Of a stretch of 64,000 nt of DNA, positions 12,651 to 25,480 are shown piece after piece. Each line of letters opens with the position of its first letter. Position 1 is the first letter of the stretch. This stretch comes from Gekko japonicus (Eukaryota), in contig NW_015175992.1 of assembly GCF_001447785.1 (NCBI RefSeq), positions 410,662 through 474,661 of the forward strand, given 5' to 3'. The translations under genes were made by a program, and so were the position numbers. The notes under the pieces are model-generated. The model made no database searches, was not told where the DNA came from, and worked only from the letters and a program-made list of their open reading frames with translations.

Positions 12651-13370
12651 CTTGAGGTGCTCGTAGTAGCTGCCGGTGCCTACTATCTGAACAGAGTTAG
12701 AGCTTAAGTACAGCCTCTTTCTGATGGCTTCCACCAAAAGGTCTCTAACTGAATTAACCCGCCGGGAGGCATCCGAAATCTCTACTCTGCGCAAGGTGAG
12801 CCTTTCCAGCACTTGTCTCAAGGAGATGCCCTGTGGAGGGGGCGGCCCTCTGGGCACAGCTTCGGCCCTTCCTTGCTCCGGCGGCTCCTTTGCTGGGGGA
12901 GGGCGCGCCTTCTGGGACGCTTTTTTCCCTCGATGGGGAGCTTCTTTTTTCTCCCCATCAGGGAGACGGTTCTTCTCCCGGGAAACAGCTCCCGAGGCAA
13001 CGTCTGCCTTCTCCGGTTCAAACGCCTTCGCCTGGAGGTGACGCTCCCGCTTCTGCAAAGCGCCTTCGTCCCCTGGGGGATTATCACTTTTTCCTGCCGG
13101 GCGGTCACATTTCTCGGCGCCGGGGGTGCTGTTCTCCAGGGACGTTTTCCTTCCCCTAGGGGCACTTTCTTTCCCGCTGTGGCCGGATCCTTTCCCTTGG
13201 TTCACGAGCGATGTCTTGGCTTTGCCAGGGCAGTCGGAAGAAGGTTCCTGCCCTCTTCCTCTCCCCTTGGAGGCTGCAGCGGGCTTGGCGGCGTCATCCT
13301 CCGGCGCTGGCTGGACAGCAGCGATAGCTTTTCTCGCTCCTTGTCCTTTTTCGGCTGGCTTCCGATCCAT
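12651..13370 (-). CDS. CGAS: cGAS (cyclic GMP-AMP synthase) coding exon 1: long basic disordered N-terminus, spine helix and start of NTase core
   Basis: ATG at 13370; translation ends ...IVGTGSYYEHLK at donor AAG|GTAAAT (12650); GSYYEH is the cGAS/Mab21 nucleotidyltransferase motif; 720 nt, phase 0. Confidence 0.93.
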
Positions 13371-13661
13371 AGAAGTACACTTTGCCGCTGAAAATTATGA
13401 CCAGGCTAGCCCTATCTGTTCACATCCCAGGACTTGGATGGGAGGCCGCCAAGAAAGTCCAGTGTCGGTCTGAGATAGATACATACATCACACCACCTGA
13501 GGACGTTTGGCGCCTTGAGACCCCTACGAGAGGGCCAGAACTCGGCTGGGACTTACCAGCAGCAGTCTAAACTCTTCTGATGATAGCTAGCCAAACCGGT
13601 TCTCCGTCGCTTCCTGTCTCATCTGTGCGCGCTTAACTCCACGACCGGGCTCTTTCTCGTG

Positions 13662-13701
13662 GAGAAACGAAACCAATTCATGACGAGGAGGTTTCCGAGA
13701 A
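13662..13701. promoter_or_regulatory. Candidate ISRE (GAGAAACGAAACC) and GAS (TTCCGAGAA) in the CGAS promoter
   Basis: Motif matches about 300 bp upstream of the CGAS ATG; E2F-like GCGGGAAA near 13790. Confidence 0.55.
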
Positions 13702-14254
13702 GCCCTCCCACACCCACTGTCTTCTTCCTCAAACACAGATTTAAGCTTGGCTACTTGACCCAGCTCATTATTGTCATGACAGATTTGCGCGGGAAATTAG
13801 AAAACAGTAGCGGTGTTACTCTATAGCAGCCAAAGAGTCTTATCACCTTTTCAAGATCAACAGAGGTATTATAGCATCACCTTTAATGAGCTCGCGTTGT
13901 CAGATAGAGTTGTCAGGGCCAAGAGAAAAATGTCCTGTCTCCTTAGCAGAGGTTTACCTATGGGAAATGAGCAGCTGAAGTCCACCCCCTTCTGTTAAAA
14001 AGGCAGGACGTCATAAGCTATGTAATGATCAGGCAGTTTGTTGGTTTATTATATTATGTATGTTTTTAGTTGTTGTTAAAAGTGAAGAACAAATTGTAAA
14101 ACTGAAAGAATCATTGTTATATTGTTTATATAAAATAAAAAATAAAAAATTGTTAAAAAAAAAGAAGAGGCAGGACGTCCATTTTCCCCCCCCTCCAGAC
14201 TGTCGGGAACCCTGTCTGTGGCAGTGTCTCAATTGATCAAATTCCAGTATGTCT

Positions 14255-15400
14255 GTCAGACTAGTCAAGTCAAGTAATTTATTGTATTTAGCCATTGGCC
14301 ATTACAAAATACAGCAGAGCATTCATAAAACATTAAAATACAACCTTAGTGACCGGGTTAAAATTAACTACTAGTCTGTGATAAAAGAAGAATAAAACAG
14401 GTTTGATCACCATCAAGTCGCCTGCCCCTTAGATCTAGTCTTGGATGCTGCTACAGCAAACAGGGAAACTCTATGGGATAGATAAGCATCTTTATCTGAC
14501 AGCAGGAACACAATCTTCTCGGTTTCTGGGAGTGCTTGCATACCTAATAGAATTCCTACTAAAAATTTCTCTCTTGGAGTGCTGTAAAGCCGACAATAGA
14601 GCATGTAGTAAGGAATGTCCTCCACCTCTGGCAAAACACAAATGCAGAGACATTGCTCTTTTGGAGTATGCAAATAATGGCCAGCCAAAAGGGCTGTTTT
14701 CATAGTTTGGAATCGCAAAGCTGTAAAGGACACTCTGAGGTTATAGTTAGAGATATTAACTAGGTAACTCGACCTGCGGTGGTCAAATTTGCAATATTTA
14801 TACCAGGGAGCCACTTTAGAGAACGATTGATCATTGCATCAGCCTCCTATATGCAGTCCCTAAGATGTGAATTCTCAGCTGAGAGCCTGAGAAGGCCGTC
14901 TGGAATAGTATATCTTTGAATGATAGTATTAAGAACGTTAGAACGGCTAGGGTCTTTACCAAAATGGAAGTTGTCTGATTGATGGCTTATATAGCCTTAT
15001 AGGATTGGAGCTCGGAGGTGTGTTCTTTTTCCAGTATTTTATAACCGCCAGGTGTGCCTGGGCCTTCACAGAGGGAAGTCCCAGTTCAGCTCTCATTACA
15101 GATGTGGGAGTACCTCTGGGCAAAGCTAGAATTCGCCTCATAAATTGATTTTGGATTACCTCCAAATTAGCCAAAATATCCGCCTTCCAGCCCCAAACTT
15201 CAATTCCATATAAGAGATGGGAGATGACCTTGCTGTTGAATAATTTCAATGCTGGGTCAATCAGACGGCCGCCCTTCGTGTGAAAAAAATGTACAATTGA
15301 TCCTACCATTCTTAATGCTGAGGCTTTTACTGATGCAAGATGGTTTTTCCAATTCAGAGTCTCCGTGAAGGTTACTCAGAGATATTTAAATGTTCTGCAT
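14255..15400 (-). mobile_element. RTE-X/RTE-like LINE 3' fragment
   Basis: RT thumb LLYGIEVWG...ELGLPS; C-terminal CxC...E...C knuckle; tail AATAAA(TTAC)TTGACTTGAC; a short tail copy near 35205-35255. Confidence 0.65.
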
Positions 15401-15955
15401 TGTTCGATCGGGTTGCCAAGTCATCAGCAGGTCCGTTATTCTCCTGCTTAAATCTAAAGAGTACACACCTATCTGTCACCCTGCTTCACCTCTTGTACCT
15501 CTGCAATTGCAGGGAACAGCCTATTGGTAATAGGGGAAGGCAGGGAATAATTACCAAATACCTGGAGGGGGGAAATGTCCTGTAATAGAGGTTTCATGCA
15601 TGGGATGTTATTCACCAAGTACTATTATTTCTCTCCATGCCATTAAAAGCTCCAGCTACCCATTTCCATATGTTAAGCCTTTTTGCAAAGCCTATGGGGA
15701 CCACAGCAGGCAGTAAAAGCTTAAGAAGAAATGGAAATAAAAGCTCCTGTGGCACCTTCTTGTTAGCAGCAATCACAAATGCCAAAATCCTAATTGTTCT
15801 GTTAATGGAGGAAACTTGCCAGAACACTCTACTGTGGTTGGAGTGTTGGGAAAAAAACAGTTGTATTCTCATAAACAAAAGGGAAAAAATACTTGTCTGA
15901 GTAAAGATGTCTGGGAAAAGAAACCTAGCATGTCTTTCAGTTGGCCTGCACTTGA

Positions 15956-16380
15956 TTCTAACGTTTGGTAACTTTGTGCTTAAAAAAACAGGATTATCCG
16001 TCCCCTTCTCTGGAAGGCCCAATGATAAATGAAAATTCAAACAAAATAGAACCTTACGAAAAGGGGGGTGAGGATGGCGAGTGGCCCGGGTCACGTATAC
16101 CCGGGCCTCTCCCTCCGGCCACCCCGCTGCCCAGCGATTGGCCCGGAGAGGGAGGGGAGGCGCCTACCTTCCCGCCACTTGCCTGGTCCCACCCCCTCCC
16201 GGCCTGGTGCCTGGCCAGCCTCCTCCTCCCCCGCCTGGCCCCGCAAATGGCGGGCCTCGCCTACCCAGACCCTTTTGTTTTTCTAACGTTTGGTAACTTT
16301 GTGCTTAAAAAAACAGGATTATCCATCCCCTTCTCTGGAAGGCCCAATGATAAATGGAAATTCAAACAAAATAGAACCTT
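15956..16380. repeat. 100-bp direct repeat (15956-16055 / 16281-16380) flanking a 225-bp CpG-rich insert
   Basis: Two copies differ at 2 positions. Confidence 0.9.
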
Positions 16381-16447
16381 TACATTAAGAAGCAGTAATC
16401 CTCTGAATAAAAGTGCTATGGAGGTGGCAATATAAAGAAAAGGCATT

Positions 16448-17180
16448 AGAATCATGGAGTTGGAAGAAACTTCCAGGATCATCTAGTCCAACCTCCTGCA
16501 CAATGCAGGAAATTCACAAATATCTCCCCCTCTACACCCACAGTGACCACTATTCCACATCCAGAAGATGGGGGGAGGGACCCAACCTCCAGGATCCAAG
16601 GCCAAACTGACCTGGAAGGGGGGAGAGAAACTTGGCATACTTGACCTTGGACATCCTTTCAGCTCCTTGATAGAATCCCTGTGTTGCAGATGTGAATCAT
16701 AGAATCATAGAGTTGGAAGGGATCTCCAGGGTCATCTAGCCCAACCCCCTGTACAAGGCAGGAAATTCACAAATACCTCCCCCTTCATACCTGCAGTGAC
16801 TGCTGTTCCACACCCAGAAGATGACAAAAAAACCTCCAGGATCCCTGGCCAAACTGGCCTGGAGAAAAATTGCTTCCTGACTCGAAAGTGGCAATCAGCA
16901 TTTCCCTGGACGTGTAAGAAAGGGCCACAAAAACTAAGAACTGAGGCAGCCCTTCCTGCCCTCCCTCTCATGAGCTGCCTAAGTTCACAAAATCTGCCTC
17001 TGTTTGAAAACCTCCAAAGAAGGAGAGCCCACCACCTCCCGAGGAAGTCTGTTCCACTGAGGAACCACTCTGTCAGGAAGTTCTTCCTAATGTTTAGCCG
17101 AAAACCTTTCTGATTTAATTTCAACCCATTGGTACTAGTCTGACCTTCTGGGGCAACAGAAAACAACTCCATACCATCCA
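16448..17180 (-). mobile_element. CR1 LINE 3' fragments (two)
   Basis: (TTCTATGA)n tails; GFRLNIRKNFLT-type C-terminus; homologous to 41670-42100. Confidence 0.8.
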
Positions 17181-18061
17181 GTCAGAAACCATCATGCAGT
17201 GGTCATAGAGGAAGCTGCTCAGCAACTTTTCAGGCAAGGGGAAGTTTTTGAACCTGGGTCTTTCCTGTTTACAGATCTTCTTCATGGTCTCTGTGCATTA
17301 CACCTATGGGATTATGCACCTGTGTTGATCTGTGTTGATCTGAATCGGTGATATACAAAGCTCACAACGGGATATACAAAGCTCACCACCTCGCTCCCTC
17401 CTGATACAAGAGTTTACCTAGAGGACCTACCTTTTGATGGCCAAGGGCTCTTCCGTGCTTCCACAGATTCGGCCCTGCAGGAAATGGATAAAAGCATTAA
17501 GGCATCTAGGTCATTAGGAGTCTCTGGTCCCCCTAAGCCTTTTTTACCTCGTTCTTGGTCCTGAAACAGTTTTCAATGTCCATTTAATAAACCACCACAA
17601 GACGAAGGCTATAAACCATGGCAGTCTCCATCTGGAAGCAGATGGAGACTGCGAACATCTTCGGGAGGCCACCGCAGCTCCATGTATAACCTGTACTAAT
17701 AGGTTAAAAGATCTATTATTTTAGCTTCTCAGATTGTGATCAGTACTAGTCTTTACCCTATCCCCACTGCGCATGCCCAAGGAGGCGGGGCCAGTTCTCT
17801 TCTGATCGCCGCGCTGTTAACAGTTTGTTTTCTGCCAGTCGGTGAGAAAGTACTTGTCTCTCTTTGAGGGATTGCTCACTGTGTTCATTAGTTTTCGTGG
17901 TTTTTGTCTTTTGTTTTCCTTCTTCTGCTAAAAAAAAAAGACTTTTTGTTTGAGGGTCACCGCTGCCTCTGGTGGTTCCCCCCCCCCCCCGAGGTAAATT
18001 TTAATTTGCCTCATCTGAGGGCTTCTGTTCTGTTTCCTTTTTTGTGCCATCTTTTTGTTTT

Positions 18062-20250
18062 ATGCCCAAAAAGTGGGGGTGTTTCAGAAGTTGTGGCGGG
18101 TGTGGCAGCAAACTTTGTATTATTTGCCTGGGGGAGGCTCATTGCCCAGAGACTTTCCGTCACTGCGCCAAATTTTCCAATCTGACCCGCAAAAACTGGG
18201 CCACAAGGCTCCCTTGTCTGTCAACAATATGTCTACAGAGCCCCCTTCAGATGTCCACCGGACAGACCCTGCATCGATATCGGAGTCGTCGATGTCGATC
18301 CCTCCTCGTCCTAAGGCGACATTGGATGTGGGTACGTCTTTAAAATATCTGGCACCGACAGGGACTTCCTCAGCCTCAACCCCGGCTAAGAGGAACAAGA
18401 AGGAGAAGCACGACAAGAAGAAGTCTGCTTCGAAAAAGACCACGCATAAGTCTCACAGTATGAGCAGCGTTGGTAAGAAACCGGGCTCTGCTCAACCCCC
18501 TATCCAGCGGGCGGAACTCGAAATCGCCAACCCTCCTGAACCGGAGCTGCCTGTTATACCATTGATAGAGTTACTAGACTCGCCTATACAGCAGCTATCA
18601 GAGGCTTCCATTATTGCAAGACATTGATCTCTCTGTTGGAGGTCGTGATTCCACGCAGATCTCATATGGACTATTCACCATCGGTCTCTTCTTGGGCTAG
18701 TGGTCGATCCTGGCCGGACTCTCGATATTGGTGTCCTCGATCCAGATCTCCTAGGCGTGAAGAGCATCGGTTTCGATCAGAGGGATACCCTGAATACTAC
18801 CATTCCAGACCGAGACTACACCGTTTGCCCAGGCGGGAGTCCAGACCACACTCCCCTACCTATTTTGAGCCGCCCATGCCACCTTTGTGGGACCATCGGC
18901 AGCACATGCCTTACTGGTTTGGTTTGTATCCGATGTCAGCACCCATGCCGTGGGGGACGCCTTGGCCTCATTCAGATTGGGACCGCAGATCGCGACGTTC
19001 TCGTTCTCCTCAACGGAGGTCCAGACCATCTCCAAGCCTCCAGAAGACTGTCTGTGTTCTCCTTCTCCGCTTCATCCTAGGCCTACGTTACCATCACAGA
19101 CTGGTCCAGTGGTCCCCACTCCTACCCGAGTGACAGAGGTTCCATCTGTGTCGACACCGATGTCACCTTCCGGATCTTTGGACTCCGATTCAGACACCGA
19201 CGGTTCGGAGCAGCCTGGATCGCCCGAAGACCCTTCAATTCCAAACCCTGCAGTATCGGACAACCTCCCTATATCCCTGTCTGAAGATATTTCTTCTTAT
19301 GGAGAGTTAATCAAACGCATGGTGAATCTGCTAGGACTTTTGATTGTCCAACCCCAGCCGTCGGTGTCGGATGCCATCTTCGATGTCGTACAACTAGACA
19401 CCTCCACACCGATTGCTCTCCCGATGTCGTCCGTGTTACTCCAGGCAGCTAAGGCTCCATGGGACAAACCGTGTTCTGCTCCAGTGTCCTCTCAGTGCTT
19501 GGATCATATGTACCGGATTCAGGAGATGGAGGCTGAATTTCTCCAGCTCCATCCTAAACCCAACTCTATGGTCATGTCATCCTCCTCAAAGAGCAAACGT
19601 AGCTTGGCTACACCTTCGGAAAAGGAGAGTAAAAAACTAGATTCAATGGGACGCCGTTTTTATTCAGCAGGAGCTCTCGGAATTAAAACTTCAAACTACA
19701 TCGCATGCATGGGCTGTTATGAATTCTCGCTCTGGGCGCGTGTTACCAATCTTTTGTCATCGGTACCCGAGGACAAGCATCAAGAGGCCAGGAAACTGCA
19801 AAAGGATGGTACAAACAAATCATAAACTCCTCCAAACATGCCTTAGATACATTTTCAAAAACAATGTCTTCTGCAGTAGCCCTTTGGAGACATTCCTGGC
19901 TCAGAACCACCTCGCTCCCTGCTGATACGAGAGCTTACATAGAGAACCTACCTTTTGATGGCCAAGGGCTCTTCCATGCTTCCACGGATTTGACCCTGCA
20001 GGAAATGGATAAAAGCATTAAGGTGTCTAGGTCATTAGGAGTCTCTGGTCCCTCTAAGCCTTTTCAACCTCGTTCTTGGTCCCGAAACAGTTTTCGATGT
20101 CCATTTAATAAACCACCACCAGACGGGGGCTATAAACCACGGCAGTATCCGTCTGGAAGCAAACAACACTATCAGCCCAGACAAAGTTACGGTACTGGAC
20201 AACAACAGACCAGACCAAAACAACCTAAATCAAACAAACAGGGCCTTTGA
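18062..20250 (+). pseudogene. DIRS gag-like ORF (Cys/His finger, LAP2alpha-like region), disrupted
   Basis: FRSCGGCG...CIICLGEAH...C finger; SSYGELIKRM...IALPM...WDKP; frameshifts and stops. Confidence 0.7.
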
Positions 20251-20251
20251 C

Positions 20252-22100
20252 TTGGTCCTGCCTACCCTTACGGACCCTACCCGTCTCTACCCTTATTTAC
20301 ATGCCTGGACTGCCATTACTTCGGACCAATGGGTCCGTTCCATCTTGACCACCGGCTATTCCATCGAGTTTATAGAGCTTCCACCCCTTTCTGGGGTAGT
20401 CACCACACCCCTGTCGTCATTCCTACTCAAAGAAGTAACCACACTTTTATCGAAGGGTGCTATAGAACCCGTGCCTCTAAATCACCAGGGCCTCGGGTTT
20501 TATTCCAGATACTTCATGGTACCCAAAAGGGACAGCGGACAGAGGCTGATCTTAGACCTCCGTGGCCTCAACGCCTATATACAATGCCAGAAATTCAAGA
20601 TGACATCCCTGCAGGTCATTCTACCTCTCCTGTCCCAAGGCTGTTGGATGGCCACTCTTGACCTCGAAGATGCCTACTTCCATGTAACCATCCACCCCTC
20701 CCATCGAAAGTATCTTCGATTTGTGATAGGGGGCAGCCACTACCAATACAGGAGTCTACCGTTTGGCCTCAGCACAGCACCGCGGGTCTTCACCAAACCG
20801 ATGGTGGTCGTTGTGGCACATCTCCGCCTCTGTGGCCTGACGGTGTTCCCGTAACTAGACCACTGGCTTCTAGTCGCAGCTTCCAGAGACCTTCTTACAG
20901 AACAAGTGTTGCAGGCCTTGGAGGTCCTTTGAAGCCTTGGTCTCCGGGTCAATTACAAAAAATCGCACCTAGTTTAGTCTCAAAGAGTGCAATTTATAGG
21001 AGCAATACTCGACTCTATACAAGGAAAAGCCTTGTATAGAGTCCTGCCCTAAGACCGAGTCCTCACTCTGGCTACTCTTGCTCAACAGATTTGGCTCCAA
21101 GACAGATCACCTGTGTTCCAAATTCTATGCCTACTGGGCATGATAGCAGCTACAACTGTGGTCCTTCGTTCCACAAGGCTACACATGTGTCCATTCCAGC
21201 TCTGGTTCGTACAACATTTCAAACCATTACAAATGACCCAGTGTCCGTCTCTCCCCATCACAAGAGGCACTCGACTCCCTTCTTTGGTGGACACTAACAG
21301 ACAATCTGACACGAGGTGTCTCTTTTCATCCCCTTACTCCTGGTCTCACTCTTACGACCGACGCTTCGCTGTGGGGCTGGGGTGTCCACCTCAACGACCT
21401 CTCCATTGGGCACAAGTGGGACGCTGTGACCTCCAAGAATCATATCAACTTTTTGGAGCTTCTGACCATCAAGCTGGCTCTTCATTGTTTCCAGCCTCTG
21501 CTGCTGGGGAAATCCATGGCTGTATTGACGGACAATACAACGACACTCAGTTACATCAACAGTCAAGGAGAAACAGTCTCCCGCAGTCTCTGTTGCCTAG
21601 CTCTGGACCTTTGGGCCTGGTGCATTCCTCTGCACATATTTCCCATCGCCTCTCACATTGTGGGCAGTGCCAATGTATATGCAGACCTGCCCAGCAGGGG
21701 TCTCTTTCAGCGTCACAACTGGGAGCTGAACTGGGCCTACCTATGCCCCATGTTCCAGAAGTGGGGTACACCTCACATAGACATGTTTGCCACCCGACAC
21801 AATACAAAATGCAATCTATTTTGCTGCAGGGGAGCACAAGATCCCAAGGCCTTGGGAGATGGGCTCCTCTACCCGTGGGACATGGACTTCCTATATATGT
21901 TTCTCTCTCTGCCACTGCTGCTGCAGACAGTCCAAATACTTCTGAGGGTCCACACAAGGTGCATTTTGATTGCTCCCTGGTGGCCAAGGCAACCTTGGTT
22001 CGCCAGTCTCCTCTCCCTAACGAAATCCTGATACCCTCTTCCACAAGTGCCAGATCTGCTTCTGGCGGAGGGAGGAGCACTTTTGTTCCACGAGGTCCAC
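20252..22100 (+). pseudogene. DIRS reverse transcriptase, RNase H and methyltransferase-like domain, disrupted
   Basis: LDLEDAYFH; LPFGLSTAPRVFTK; YLDD mutated to *LDH; HINFLEL...TDNTT; WGTPHIDMFA...APWWPRQPWF. Confidence 0.88.
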
Positions 22101-22139
22101 AAGCTCAAACTAACGGTGTTTCTTGTGGACACGTACATT

Positions 22140-23500
22140 TTTCAAATAGTATTAAAAACGTATTACTCAATGCCAGGAAGAACTCTACCAGATGCTCTTA
22201 CAAAGGAAAATGGTCTAGTTTCCTGGCCTTTTTACAGCCCTCAGGCATGTCTCCGTCTTCTATCACCCTGGATCAGATTCTGGAATTTTTAGTTTCTCTA
22301 GCAGTGAAAGGCCTCTCGCCAGGGGTCGTTTCGTAGAAAAAGAGCTAGGGGAACTCATTAGCATAACTCATTAGCATATGCCACACCCCCTGACATCAGG
22401 GGCCCGGCGGTGGACCTGCAAGGCCGGCGGGAGTGCGAGTAAGTCCCGCCAAGGCCCTCCCTGGCCCCAGGCAGGCAGGGGTGGGGAGAGGCGGGGAGGA
22501 AGCAACTTACCCTCCCTCTTCTCCTGCCCTCTCCTGGCTGAATGAGGGCCGGAAGCGGGGTGGCTGGAAGCAGGGGGCGGGGCTTCATCGTGTGCCCCGC
22601 TCCCGCACCTCACCCGGGGGAACTGCGATCCTCCGCGATCCCCCCCCCCGAATCGACCTCTGCCTCTCGCATTCCTCAATAAGGGTGTAGTTGTCCGCTA
22701 TTTCCACCTACCATCCAGGCTTCGAGGGCTTCTCTGTTTTCTCTCAGCTGGTCTCAAAGACATTCCTGAAGGGTCTCCTACACTTATATCCACCAATCCG
22801 TGTGCCGGTACCCTTGTGGGAATTGCTGCTAGTGCTGTGCCAGCTGATGGGATGACCCTTTGAGCCAATGGCAACCTGCGAGCTAAAACTTGCCGCATGG
22901 AAAACTGCCTTTCTAGTTGCCTTTACCTTAGCCAGCAGGGTGAGCGAACTCATAGCCTTTCATCATGATTCACCTTTCCTTGTCTTCCTACTGGAAGGTG
23001 TGAAATTACCTGACATCTCTTTCCTTCTGAAAGTGATTTCTGAATTCCACCTGAGCTCGGAGATTTTCCTACCAAGTTTCTTTCCTGACCCAAAAGATGG
23101 ACAACAGCGTCTCCTCCATGTACTAGATGTTAAGAGGGTGCTGCTTTCTTACCTGGACAGGACATGTTCAAGTAGGAGGGACAATCACTTATTTGTTTCC
23201 TACTCCAGTCACTCCACAGGACAGAAGATTTTGGCACAACATCTCTCCAAGTGGATTGTTGGGACTATTAAGCTGTGCTACCTGTTGGCTAAATGCCCGT
23301 TACCTTTGCCTGTGCAAGCACGCTCTACAAGATTCTTAGCTACATCTACGGCCTTTCTGAAGGGTGCTTCCCTGTCGGTGATCTGCAGGGCTGCAACATG
23401 GTCTACTCCGGGCACTTTCATCAAGCACTACGCTGTGGATGTTCGTGACCGGCACAGAGTGGACCTTGGTAATCTCGTCCTTTCGTCGGCAGAGCATTGA
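22140..23500 (+). pseudogene. DIRS tyrosine recombinase, disrupted and interrupted by a MITE
   Basis: ARKNSTRCSYKGKW; ASRVSEL; RSTR...ICRAATWSTPGTFIKHY (catalytic Tyr). Confidence 0.85.
22320..22662. mobile_element. hAT-type MITE (343 bp) inserted in the DIRS recombinase
   Basis: 8-bp TSD CCTCTCGC (22312-22319, 22663-22670); imperfect TIRs CAGGGGTCGTTTCG / CGAATCGACCTCTG. Confidence 0.88.
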
Positions 23501-23678
23501 ATTTGCGACAGCTCCCACCTCCAGGTGAGCCACTGCTTTTCAATCTCCCATAGGTGTTATGGACAGAGACCACGAAGAAGATAAACAGGTTGCTTACCCG
23601 TAAGTGATGATCTTCGAGTGGTCATCTGTGCAATCACATGCCCTTCCTTCCCCACTGCTGTCGCTTCAGTACTTTTCT

Positions 23679-25480
23679 TTTTTTATTATTATTTTTATAA
23701 GACTACAAAATACTACAGAAAATAGGGGAGGGGAAACTACATATACGAGGGGGAAAGTAAAGAAACCAACTACTACCTAAAAACCCAAGAGAGGAGATCT
23801 TCAAAAAGCTTAATTACATTAAGTCATAGCTCATTTAAATAAATATGAATTGAGTCAAATATTTCAAACAGTTTCCCTTTTCTTTTAATTTTTTTAAACT
23901 GTCTAAAGACAATTCCCACCAATTATCACATCGTATCAGTTAATTCAAGGCACAATTCAGAGTCCTTCAGCCTTTATTTTTCTCTTCCTTGTCTCTTCCT
24001 CAGTTTATAAGGACTTTTCGGAGCAGCAGCTCCTTGCTCAGTCAGAGAGTCCTCTCCAGAAGATCCCAACTCCAGCTCTCCACTCGAATTGCTGTCATCT
24101 TCCTTTTCTTCTTCCTCTGATTCCTTCTTCCTCTGATTTTCCCAGCTGAACCCTTAGAAACTCTTTGGCTTTAAAAACAGAGTCAATTCTTTCTTTTTTA
24201 TCCTTCATCTTGAAAGTTACGTCTTCCGGAAATAGCCATTTGTATCCAATCGAGTTTGTCTGAAGATAAGTCACCAGCTCTTTATACTTCTTCCTCCTTT
24301 GTCTTATGTCAAATGGAATATCCTTCAGCATTCTGATCTTATGTTTCCCCATTTCCAGGGGTTCTCCAGAAACTGCTTTCAGGATTGCATCCCTTATTCT
24401 CTTCGAGAATCTTACAACAATGTCCCCAGGCAGATTATTCTTTTTTATATAGCCTGAATATGCTCTGTAGACCACATCCATATCGTTTATTTAATAGCGA
24501 TTCTGCCGTCATTTCCATCACTGGGGCGAGCAGTTCACCCATTACTTCTTTAAGATTCTCTCCCAATTTTTCTGGCACACCCTGGAAGCGAAGGACCATG
24601 TTGGCCTTATCCATTTGAATTTGCAGCCATTTATCTTCCATTGAAGTTTGTTTCAATTCCAGCTTTTGGACTTTCTTCTTTACTTTTTGAGTTGTTGCAG
24701 CCACTTCCTAAACTTTTTCATTCTCTTGCTTCATTAGTTGTATCACATTGTTCATTTGGGTTTGCTGCGCTGTCATTGTTTGAGTTACCACCAACATCTG
24801 CTCTTTGAAAGTATTTAGTTGCTCCAGCAGAGTGCGCATGCATTCAGCTACAGATTTAGCCAACTGAGTGGTCACTTCTGGTTTAGGACTATCAAGTCCT
24901 TTTACTTTCGAAATCTTGTCTTTGTCCCTCGTGCCCGCCATCTTTTCTGTTTGTTTACTCTCAGCAAGTTTTTAAAAGTCTCTGAATATGCGCTTGACCA
25001 CTTTACTTCTCTCTGGTGAGTATATCTAGACAGTTTTCTCCGCGTTACTGCTCGCTCCCCCCCTTCCATTTAACAGTTTATGTGCATGGGAGGCATCCCC
25101 CCGCTCGCTTTTTCCCATTCCGTGGGGTAGGGTGGGGAGCGTCTTTTTCTTTTAAAAATCGTTTCTCAGTTGACTCACGTTGGTCATCCGACCACGCTTC
25201 TTGCATCATTTTTAGCGCTCGATCTCCTGCGCTCGACCCGGTTAGCGTCTCTAGTACCATTCGGCCTCTCGGCACGAAGACCCACCAAAGCAAAGGGGCG
25301 CCTCAATTCTCTGGCATTCCGCCATCGAAGAGGCCACCCCTCAAAGCTCCCTGGCCAGGTCCCCTTCATCGGGTCTCTGGGGGGAGCCTGCTCGTCCCCT
25401 CCTTCAGCCGGAGCGCAGAGACACCCCCGGGAGGTCCGGGAGGTGAGTCCGCAGACACGCCACCATCAACCGGAAGTCTC
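23679..25480 (-). mobile_element. ORF1-only L1-like retroposon (HAL1-like), copy B, full length, nested in DIRS
   Basis: 17-bp TSD CGCTTCAGTACTTTTCT (23662-23678, 25481-25497); 5' end GAGACTTCCGGTT; A-rich tail; no ORF2. Confidence 0.88.
23974..24941 (-). pseudogene. L1 ORF1p-like protein of copy B (one stop, two frameshifts)
   Basis: NMVLRFQGV, YRAYS, IRMLKDIPFDIR and YKWLFPE motifs; a 16-nt duplication near 24105-24137 shifts off the tail ...SPYKLRKRQGREK*. Confidence 0.82.

Noticed and set aside
12724-13473. Several plus-strand ORFs over CGAS exon 1
   Set aside because: Antisense or alternative frames of GC-rich coding sequence with no recognisable domains
21113-22336. 407-aa novel ORF
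   Set aside because: Chance read-through of overlapping DIRS RT/RNase H and recombinase frames, ending in the MITE
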